64,000 bases of DNA, from the IMG/VR virus record IMGVR_UViG_3300045988_088194; one strand, given 5' to 3'. The position numbers and the translations under genes were made by a program. Under the pieces are notes generated by a model. That model was not told the origin of the DNA. It ran no database searches and saw nothing but the letters and a program-made list of their open reading frames with translations. This document shows positions 7,467 through 14,137 of the stretch, piece by piece. Origin of the DNA: a virus. Each line of letters begins with the position of its first letter. The stretch's first letter is position 1.

Positions 7467-7559
7467 GACACTATTGTTGGTATTTAGAGTTACTTCATCC
7501 ATGATTTAAATTATTGCAAATAACTTTTAACAGAACTCTAAAGATTGTTACATAGTGTC
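7467..7559 (+). ncRNA. long hairpin carrying the AGTTACTTC element (copy 3, permuted R-X-L form)
   Basis: Outer stem GACACTAT/ATAGTGTC, a G-U-rich middle helix and a perfect 9-bp inner stem, TTTAGAGTT (7483-7491) / AACTCTAAA (7534-7542). ACTTC lies at 7492-7496, then a 31-nt apical segment, then TAACAG. Confidence 0.5.
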
Positions 7560-7571
7560 TTCAATATAAAC

Positions 7572-7696
7572 TTCCCTGTAGCTCAATTGGTAGAGCATGT
7601 ATAGAACTGTGAAGAATGTTCCCTAATTGTGGTGATGTTTACAGTTACTTCAGATTTGTAATCTCAGGGTTCTTGGTTCAAGTCCAAGCAGGGAAG
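7572..7696 (+). tRNA. tRNA-Thr (anticodon TGT) interrupted by a 52-nt intervening sequence
   Basis: Acceptor TTCCCTG/CAGGGAA, D arm GCTC-AATTGGTA-GAGC and T arm CTTGG-TTCAAGT-CCAAG. Removing 7600-7651 gives the anticodon arm TGAGA-TTTGTAA-TCTCA and a 73-nt canonical tRNA. Confidence 0.75.
7600..7651 (+). other. 52-nt intervening sequence in tRNA-Thr (between positions 28 and 29)
   Basis: TATAG-[AACTGTGAA]-24 nt-[TTTACAGTT]-ACTTC, a 9-bp hairpin. Homologous to 8810-8864. Confidence 0.65.
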
Positions 7697-7741
7697 TTTT
7701 TTAATAGAAACCTTAATACTATTATATATAATAATGGAGGA

Positions 7742-7840
7742 ATGATTATGATTCAGGTTTTTAGGGCACTGGCAGTGGCTTCTTTGGTATTAGCACTGGT
7801 GTTTATTATCTTTATATCGTCTGGCACGGATGATGATTGA
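7742..7840 (+). CDS. small hydrophobic protein (32 aa)
   Basis: Track ORF 7616..7840 trimmed to ATG 7742, which follows GGAGGA. The upstream part of the track ORF overlaps tRNA-Thr. Single TM-like segment. Confidence 0.4.
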   Translation: MIMIQVFRALAVASLVLALVFIIFISSGTDDD

Positions 7841-7889
7841 CTGGGGTGAACCTGTTGAAATTAAATAACTATGAAAACAATTGAAAATC

Positions 7890-8177
7890 ATGACTAACAA
7901 GGAAATTATAAAGTTTTTGAAAGAATATCCATTGGACAGGTATATTATTCTTACAACACTGTTAGAGGATGATACAATTTCAATTGCAGAACTTGTCAAG
8001 CACAAGGAGGACTCCCTTAAGAAAGTAGTAGGGGAAAAGACAGAAGAATTAGCAAATGCATGTGCACTTATTATAAGGTATAAGGATAAAATAAATACCA
8101 ATACCGTTGAAGCTGATGCACAGAATTTTTTAGAGAATTGCAGCTGCACTGCATTTACTGGATATGGCACTAAATAA
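7890..8177 (+). CDS. hypothetical protein
   Basis: The track ORF starts at TTG 7881. The first ATG is at 7890. No motif recognised. Confidence 0.55.
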   Translation: MTNKEIIKFLKEYPLDRYIILTTLLEDDTISIAELVKHKEDSLKKVVGEKTEELANACALIIRYKDKINTNTVEADAQNFLENCSCTAFTGYGTK

Positions 8178-8194
8178 GTGCAGAAAATTATATT

Positions 8195-8371
8195 ATGATG
8201 ACAGTAAAAAATCTTATTGATGAACTTAAAAAGTTTCCTGAAGATGCAGATGTCCTTATGACTGAGTTGAAACATACAAATGGATATCATAGACTCAAGT
8301 ATATTGGAGGAATGAAGGTACAGGACCCTTCAAATGGTTCTGAATCAACCTGTCCAGTTCTTGTGTTTTAG
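8195..8371 (+). CDS. hypothetical protein (58 aa)
   Basis: Hand-translated ORF below the track cutoff: MMTVKNLIDELKKFPEDADVLMTELKHTNGYHRLKYIGGMKVQDPSNGSESTCPVLVF. Confidence 0.5.
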   Translation: MMTVKNLIDELKKFPEDADVLMTELKHTNGYHRLKYIGGMKVQDPSNGSESTCPVLVF

Positions 8372-8377
8372 TGGAAT

Positions 8378-8785
8378 GGGGGTGTTTTGGTTTTGATTAC
8401 ACTCTATTTGGTAGTACCTTATGCAGTAGATGGGCAGTCTACTATAAAAGAGCCCAAAACAATTAAATGCTAACAAAGTTAGAAAATCAGTTAGAAGCCT
8501 TGTAGATTATATTAAATCTGCTATGCAGGCACCAGCAATTTCAGCTTATGCTGTTGCTGCCTAACAAAAGGCTTTAGTATTTGAGCCTTAATCAAGTACT
8601 TGGTGGAAGATGGGTGGATACCCAAATATGACTGCATGGCCTTGTAATTAGCAGAGGAAGAAGGAGTCAAGGGACGGTTTAATGGGACAGATTTCCATCT
8701 ATAGTAATAATCTGTCATCCTAAGCATATAAATAAAGGTATTATTGAAGGTTTGTAAGACACAGGTTCGAGTCCTGTCACCTCCA
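8378..8785 (+). ncRNA. ssrA: tmRNA (transfer-messenger RNA)
   Basis: - 5' end: GGGGGTGTTTTGGTTTTGA.
- 3' end: ACAGG-TTCGAGT-CCTGT-CACCTCC-A.
- Together these form a tRNA-Ala-like acceptor with G3-U70.
- CCTAAGCATATA box near the 3' domain.
- Internal tag frame: GCT ATG CAG GCA CCA GCA ATT TCA GCT TAT GCT GTT GCT GCC TAA (8520-8564), ending ..AYAVAA. Confidence 0.85.
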
Positions 8786-8794
8786 CTAATAAAT

Positions 8795-8922
8795 GGGGAA
8801 GTAGCATAATAAAAAACTCTTAAGCTTTTACTTCTGAAGAGATAGTGTTATTGAGAGTTACTTCAGGTTAATGCATTAGTTTCATAAGCTAAAGATTGTT
8901 TGTTCAAATCAAACCTTCCCCA
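8795..8922 (+). tRNA. tRNA-Met/Ile2-type (anticodon CAT) interrupted by a 55-nt intervening sequence in the D-loop; CCA encoded at 8923-8925
   Basis: Acceptor GGGGAAG/CTTCCCC, D stem GCAT (8804-8807) / ATGC (8871-8874) separated by 63 nt, anticodon arm TTAGT-TTCATAA-GCTAA and T arm GTTTG-TTCAAAT-CAAAC. Confidence 0.75.
8810..8864 (+). other. 55-nt intervening sequence in the tRNA-Met D-loop
   Basis: TAAAA-[AACTCTTAA]-27 nt-[TTGAGAGTT]-ACTTC. Removal leaves the D-loop AAAGGTTA. Boundaries were set by alignment with 7600-7651. Confidence 0.6.
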
Positions 8923-8958
8923 CCATAGAACAAGGCAGTAATAATAATAAGGGTGCTG

Positions 8959-8990
8959 ACCAGGTTCTCAAGGACACTTCAAAATAAGGT
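8959..8990 (+). terminator. rho-independent terminator after the RNA gene array
   Basis: AAGGACAC-loop-GTGTCCTT followed by TTTATTT. Confidence 0.7.
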
Positions 8991-9026
8991 GTCCTTTTTA
9001 TTTGTAAATCATTAAAATCTTATATT

Positions 9027-9410
9027 ATGATAGAGTATAAAGTTATAACTTGGAACTTCAGTACTGACAGAGTAGAGCATTATGATATAATGCCTTATCT
9101 GTACAGAAGACTTGAAGAGAAAAGAAAGAGGAAGCAGATAGCATTGAAAGACCTCACTTTGGAAAGGTTGAAGGAGTTCATTGATACTGAATCAAAGTAT
9201 CAGTTCTGGGCAAGATGCCAGTATGAAGTGATACTTTCTTCATGGCCTCCAAGAGAGAATGGACATAAGCATAAGATGGATGTATATGAACAGATTCATA
9301 TGAATCTTGACAATATAGCCAAACTTATGTATGATGACCTTCAGAAAGGAAAGTCTGCAAGAGCAACTAAGACTAGCAAGCACATAAGAGTTAAAACTTT
9401 AGATAGTTAA
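9027..9410 (+). CDS. hypothetical protein
   Basis: ORF. No motif recognised. Confidence 0.55.
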   Translation: MIEYKVITWNFSTDRVEHYDIMPYLYRRLEEKRKRKQIALKDLTLERLKEFIDTESKYQFWARCQYEVILSSWPPRENGHKHKMDVYEQIHMNLDNIAKLMYDDLQKGKSARATKTSKHIRVKTLDS

Positions 9411-9781
9411 TGAGCAGTCAGCCAAAAATTCTTCTCTCTATACAAGGTATAGAGGGAGGAACCCTAAGACCCATTGGGAAAAAGAGGGTCAATTGGTCCA
9501 TAACCAAAAAGGATTTGGACCCAAAATATCATGGTAAAGATGCATTTAAGCCAATCAGGAAAGGTCATATGGACATTCCTGAGTTTGAGAGTGTATCTTG
9601 CCAGCAGAGCATTAAACTCACACAGGATGCCTATGACTATATGACATCTTCTGAACAGCCTTACTGGTTCAAAGGTCCTTGGAAACTTATGACCAAGAAA
9701 CAGAGACTTGAGGTTCATCTTCAGAGGATATGTGATGATAGGGGAGGCACAAGTTACACCTATTCAATCCTTGAAGATTAA
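9410..9781 (+). CDS. hypothetical protein
   Basis: ORF with a start/stop overlap (TAATG). No motif recognised. Confidence 0.55.
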   Translation: MSSQPKILLSIQGIEGGTLRPIGKKRVNWSITKKDLDPKYHGKDAFKPIRKGHMDIPEFESVSCQQSIKLTQDAYDYMTSSEQPYWFKGPWKLMTKKQRLEVHLQRICDDRGGTSYTYSILED

Positions 9782-9984
9782 TGAAAGTAAGGACAAAGAA
9801 AGTAATTTTATTTGCACTATGGTCTGTAATAGTATTTCCTGTTTTTGGAATACTTCTTTCAGGCTTAAGTGCTCCATCTACCATCACTAATCTTGCCTCA
9901 ATATTGGCAATAGTTGGATTAGTTTTGATTAGTATAAACACAAAATGTTTCACAAACTTTATAAAAACTAAAACAAATGAGTAA
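9781..9984 (+). CDS. small membrane protein
   Basis: Two hydrophobic helices. Start/stop overlap with the upstream ORF. Confidence 0.5.
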   Translation: MKVRTKKVILFALWSVIVFPVFGILLSGLSAPSTITNLASILAIVGLVLISINTKCFTNFIKTKTNE

Positions 9985-10759
9985 ATCTTTCAAATTTATT
10001 ATGGTTATTGCTGCAATAACCATGATGGCAATGTCCTGTACAAGAATCAATGCAGGATATGAAGGTATCAAGGTCAATCTCTATGGAGACAAGAAGGGAG
10101 TAGATGATGTTACTCTTGTGACTGGTATGGTATGGTACAACCCTATCACTACAGCAGTCTATGAGTATCCTACTTTCATTCAGACAGTTGATTACCCAGC
10201 ATTTACTATCAATGCAAAGGATGGTTCTCAGTTCACCATTGACCCTACTATCAACCTTAACATGATTCCAGGTACTTCTTCTAAGGTATTTGTAAAATAT
10301 AGGAGACCTATGGATGAGGTTATTAAGGAAGTACTATTTACACATGTGAAGAATGCCTATAGGATTAAACTCAGCAATTATACTACAGATGAGTTGGTAT
10401 CCAAGAGGGAAGAATTTGAAAAGACTACAGAAGATTATCTCAGGGAAGTACTGTTTAAGGAGAACTTTGAACTTGGAGAAATGACTTCAGGCCTTAAGTA
10501 TCCTGCTTCACTTGAAGCCTCTATTACAGCTAAGAATGAAGCAGTACAAAAAAGCCAGAAAGCTCAAAATGAATTGGAACTTGTAAAGGCAGAGGCAGAG
10601 AAGATGCTTGTTGCTGCAAGAGCAGAGAAAGAGGCCAACTTGCTTAAGACACAGGCTCTCACACCTCAGGTGCTTGAACAGATGTGGATAGAAAAGTGGA
10701 ATGGTGTTCTGCCTGTATATGGTACAGTTCCTACTCTATTCAAAGATATAACTAAGTAG
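9977..10759 (+). CDS. SPFH/band-7 (prohibitin-like) domain lipoprotein
   Basis: Lipobox-like signal peptide AMSC, then an SPFH-like core (GYEGIKVN..VTGMVWYNP..FTINAKDGSQFTIDPTINL) and an Ala/Glu/Lys-rich coiled-coil tail. Confidence 0.65.
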   Translation: MSKSFKFIMVIAAITMMAMSCTRINAGYEGIKVNLYGDKKGVDDVTLVTGMVWYNPITTAVYEYPTFIQTVDYPAFTINAKDGSQFTIDPTINLNMIPGTSSKVFVKYRRPMDEVIKEVLFTHVKNAYRIKLSNYTTDELVSKREEFEKTTEDYLREVLFKENFELGEMTSGLKYPASLEASITAKNEAVQKSQKAQNELELVKAEAEKMLVAARAEKEANLLKTQALTPQVLEQMWIEKWNGVLPVYGTVPTLFKDITK

Positions 10760-10760
10760 T

Positions 10761-11066
10761 ATGTGGTGGGTATTTATATCTATAGTTTTTGCTCTTATAC
10801 TATATGTAAGCACAAGAAACCTTACAGAGTACAGTTATAAGAGTAAAGACTACATACCAATCAGATTTCCTGTTTGGAAAATGCTGTTGGTAATCTTTTT
10901 TCTGCTCACTCCTGGTCTTAACATCCTAATATTTCTTGTATGTATGTTCGGGATTTTTGCAGCAATATCTATAGGAACTAAAGATGCTCATGATGGGTGG
11001 CAACTCCTGGAGGGGAAGAAGAATTGGGTTTACAGTGTAGTGAGGTTTTTACAGAAAGAAATCTAA
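10761..11066 (+). CDS. membrane protein
   Basis: Three hydrophobic segments. Starts 1 nt after the SPFH gene stop. Confidence 0.5.
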   Translation: MWWVFISIVFALILYVSTRNLTEYSYKSKDYIPIRFPVWKMLLVIFFLLTPGLNILIFLVCMFGIFAAISIGTKDAHDGWQLLEGKKNWVYSVVRFLQKEI

Positions 11067-11093
11067 AAAAAAAATACTGTAACAGAACATAAT

Positions 11094-11124
11094 GAGCACC
11101 TTCTTTAAGAGGGTGCTCTTTTAA
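11094..11124 (+). terminator. rho-independent terminator
   Basis: GAGCACC-loop-GGTGCTC followed by TTTTAAT. Confidence 0.65.
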
Positions 11125-11148
11125 TGAATTTCATAATGAATTAAAACT

Positions 11149-12306
11149 ATGGAAATAAAGATTGTATTGGGGCTTCTCTTTGGAGATGAAGGTAAGGGTA
11201 ACACAGTTCAGTGGCTCTGCAAGAAAGCCTTGGAAGAAGGTAAAAGACCTTGTGTAGTGCGTTTTTCAGGAGGTCCTCAGGCAGGACATACTGTAAGGCA
11301 TAATGGTATTACACATGTATGTTCTTCCTATGGCTCTGGTGTTCTTCTTGGAGTTCCTACACTGTATGTAGGAGGTCTTATTGACCCTCTATGTATATGG
11401 AATGAGAAGAAATCATTAGAAGAGAAAGGAGTGACGGTACCTCCTATCTATATAGGTGGAGAGGTTCCCCTGATAACTCCTTATGATGTAGCAGACCAAC
11501 TTGAGTGGTCTAAAGACCACCCTAACAGAACTTGTGGAAAGGGAGTAATGTCTGCTGTCTTGAGACAGAAAACCCGTCTAAGAGATAGATGTGCAGAGGC
11601 AGCAGACTTTTCTTCAAAGTCTTTTATTGAATATAAGTTAGAGCATATAAGAAAATTCTATGCTGAAGAAGGAATAACTGCTGACAAAGAGGTTGTCAAA
11701 GATTGGACAAAGGCAGGGTTGAACCTATGTAAGGACTTCTTCAAGTACAATATAGAGGATTTTGATGTTCTTATCTTTGAGGGAACTCAAGGACTTCTGT
11801 TAGATTCTGAATGTGGATTCTATCCTTATGTAACTTCAACTAAGGTAGGGCTCAATGGTGTCCCTAAAGAGTATCTTAAAGGTGCTGAAATATACCTTGT
11901 AACAAGGACTTATCTTACAAGACATGGAGAGATGGGACCACTTGAGAGGCAGTGGTTTGAGGGGAGAGAGAAGGAAGTACCTACTGATAAGTTAGAGACT
12001 AATGTCTTCAATGAACATCAGGGAGAGTTCCTTACTGCAAAGTATTATCCAGAACCTTACAAATATGCTGTACAAAGGCACTGTCTTGACAACATGCAGA
12101 AGAGGTATAACCTCACGATGAATCTTGTAGTTACTCATACTGATGTAGACTATTCTGAAGCTGGTGTATGTTTCCCTAAAGGAGACTGCTCTTTCTTTAT
12201 AAATAGTATATCAGGAACTCTTAAAGAGTTTCTTGTTCTACAGAACATTTATACCTCAGATAATCCTAACTCAAACTTTGAACTGTATGACACAAGAATT
12301 AACTGA
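11149..12306 (+). CDS. adenylosuccinate synthetase family protein (PurA/PurZ-like)
   Basis: N-terminal P-loop LLFGDEGKGNTVQW and the RFSGGPQAGHT motif are PurA-family signatures. At 385 aa it is shorter than typical bacterial PurA. Confidence 0.75.
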   Translation: MEIKIVLGLLFGDEGKGNTVQWLCKKALEEGKRPCVVRFSGGPQAGHTVRHNGITHVCSSYGSGVLLGVPTLYVGGLIDPLCIWNEKKSLEEKGVTVPPIYIGGEVPLITPYDVADQLEWSKDHPNRTCGKGVMSAVLRQKTRLRDRCAEAADFSSKSFIEYKLEHIRKFYAEEGITADKEVVKDWTKAGLNLCKDFFKYNIEDFDVLIFEGTQGLLLDSECGFYPYVTSTKVGLNGVPKEYLKGAEIYLVTRTYLTRHGEMGPLERQWFEGREKEVPTDKLETNVFNEHQGEFLTAKYYPEPYKYAVQRHCLDNMQKRYNLTMNLVVTHTDVDYSEAGVCFPKGDCSFFINSISGTLKEFLVLQNIYTSDNPNSNFELYDTRIN

Positions 12307-13534
12307 ACAGAAATGCAGATTGCAGAATGAAATGTCAGATTACCTCAATGAAAGGGGTAATCTGGCTTTACAATGGGCTACTGGAGTAGGCAAATCCAGA
12401 GTGGCAGTAAATGCTGTAATGGATTTGTTTGACCAGTATGGAGAAGAGTTCAGGGCTCTCATTGTAGTAGCAGAAGATGCTCATAAGAATAACTGGAGAG
12501 AAGAGTTCAGAAAAGGACTTAACCCTCTGGTATATGACTGGATAATGCCTCATGTTCAGATTATCTGTTATGCTTCTCTCAAGAACTGGAGAGGTACAAA
12601 GTGGGACCTTATTGTGTTTGATGAGGCTCATCACCTTCAGTCTGATATAAGGAAGGACATTCTGCAAAGTCTCAACTCACCAAGAGTGCTTGCTCTGTCT
12701 GCAACTCTCAAGGAAGATGTCCTTGAGGCTCTCACCAGATGTTTTGGAAGATTTAAAGTGAGCAAGATAACTTTGCAGGATGCCATTGATAAGGGCTTTC
12801 TTCCTGAACCAAAGATAGTCTGTATTCCTCTTGAACTTAAAAGATTTGACAGAACTGAGACTATTGAAATGGACTTGAGAACTGTCAAGTCTGGAGATAA
12901 GGGGATTATAGATGACCTTTGGGGCAACAGGTGGAAGTATATGAGGAACAGAAAGGCATACTTGGGATATGTTCTTAGGTTTTCATGTACTCAGAAAGAA
13001 AAGTATGAGTATATAAATGAGCAGTTTGATTACTGGAAAAAGCAGTACTTTAGGAATCAGGGCAACATAAGGCTTAAGAATATGTGGCTTCAATGGGGAA
13101 CTAAGAGAAAGAGATTCCTTGGTGAACTCAAGACAGGAGAAGCAGAAGAACTTTGTATCAAACTCAATGAGGAAGGTAAGAGGTTCATCTGTTTTTGTTC
13201 TTCTATTACACAGGCTGAGTTCCTTGGAGGAGAGAACTGTATTCACTCAAAGAAGAGAGGTGTAAGAGAGATTATCTCTGCATTCAACTCAGGAAAGACC
13301 AACTCAATCTTTGCAGTAGGAATGCTTCAGGAAGGTCAGAACCTGACCAATATACAGGCAGGTATCATTGTGCAGCTTGATGGAGAAGAGAGAGGATTTA
13401 TACAGAAGTTTGGGCGTAGCCTTAGAGCTACTGACCCAGTTCAGTATATTCTTTATTATAGAGGGACAAGAGATGAAGAGTATCTCCAGAAAGCACTTGA
13501 AGGCATAGATGAAGAATATATAGTGGAGGAATGA
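12287..13534 (+). CDS. superfamily-2 DEAH-box helicase
   Basis: Walker A ATGVGKS, DEAH box (IVFDEAHHL) and motif VI QKFGRSLR. The track ORF was trimmed to ATG 12287; an alternative start is ATG 12332. Confidence 0.8.
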   Translation: MTQELTEQKCRLQNEMSDYLNERGNLALQWATGVGKSRVAVNAVMDLFDQYGEEFRALIVVAEDAHKNNWREEFRKGLNPLVYDWIMPHVQIICYASLKNWRGTKWDLIVFDEAHHLQSDIRKDILQSLNSPRVLALSATLKEDVLEALTRCFGRFKVSKITLQDAIDKGFLPEPKIVCIPLELKRFDRTETIEMDLRTVKSGDKGIIDDLWGNRWKYMRNRKAYLGYVLRFSCTQKEKYEYINEQFDYWKKQYFRNQGNIRLKNMWLQWGTKRKRFLGELKTGEAEELCIKLNEEGKRFICFCSSITQAEFLGGENCIHSKKRGVREIISAFNSGKTNSIFAVGMLQEGQNLTNIQAGIIVQLDGEERGFIQKFGRSLRATDPVQYILYYRGTRDEEYLQKALEGIDEEYIVEE

Positions 13535-14136
13535 AATATGTAATTAGTACAAAAGCACTAAGGGATAGAGGAATCAAGGAAGAAGAGGCTCTTGCTGTAC
13601 TTCTTATAACTGCTTGTGACAACATCTCTGAACTGTTTGAAAGACTTATCAAGAAGGGATATATAAGAAGGACTGAAGGAATCTTTGAGCAAGGCTTTGA
13701 AATAAATGAGACCTTTCTCAATAAAGTTCAGGCAGCCCTTCTTTCTAAAGACCCAGATGTCCCTGAAGAGGATAAGTTGGACACTCTTGCTTCTCAACTT
13801 ATGGAGGTATTTCCAAAAGGAAAGAAGGAAGGAACCACTTCATATTGGAGGGGTAACAGGAAGGAGATAAGAGAGAGGTTGCAGAAGTTCTTCAAACTCT
13901 ATGGAAACAAATACACTGATGAACAAATCCTGAAGGCAACACAGGACTATGTGAGTTCCTTCAATGGAAATTATTCCTATATGAGGGTACTCAAGTACTT
14001 TATTCTGAAGGATGAAAGAAAATCTGATGAGGAAGGTAAACTGATAGTGCAGCAAGTCTCTGACTTGGCAACATTCATTGAGAATGCAGAAGACCTTGAC
14101 CCTGTCAGAAATGATTGGACATCTAACTTGAATTGA
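13531..14136 (+). CDS. hypothetical protein
   Basis: ORF overlapping the upstream stop (ATGA). No motif recognised. Confidence 0.55.
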   Translation: MKYVISTKALRDRGIKEEEALAVLLITACDNISELFERLIKKGYIRRTEGIFEQGFEINETFLNKVQAALLSKDPDVPEEDKLDTLASQLMEVFPKGKKEGTTSYWRGNRKEIRERLQKFFKLYGNKYTDEQILKATQDYVSSFNGNYSYMRVLKYFILKDERKSDEEGKLIVQQVSDLATFIENAEDLDPVRNDWTSNLN

Positions 14137-14137
14137 T

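Noticed and set aside
7600-7651. The inverted-repeat element as an integron attC-like recombination site.
   Set aside because: The AAC...GTT ends resemble the attC core and inverse core only superficially. The flanks do not fit RYYYAAC/GTTRRRY, and no integrase is present in the window.
7616-7741. N-terminal part of the track ORF 7616..7840.
   Set aside because: It overlaps the tRNA-Thr 3' exon. A GGAGG-preceded ATG at 7742 gives a plausible 32-aa membrane peptide instead.
7790-8290. 166-aa minus-strand ORF.
   Set aside because: It is antisense to two plus-strand ORFs in a uniformly plus-strand region, and its sequence is hydrophobic and low-complexity.
8521-8727. 68-aa minus-strand ORF.
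   Set aside because: It lies entirely inside the tmRNA gene on the opposite strand. It has no start context and is low-complexity.
8833-8839. Hammerhead ribozyme core (CUGAAGA fits CUGANGA) inside the tRNA-Met insert.
   Set aside because: I could not find a matching GAAA box or a stem II/III arrangement, and the CUGANGA match is not conserved in the tRNA-Thr insert. I also could not match twister, pistol or HDV-like consensus features from memory. A covariance-model search is still advisable.
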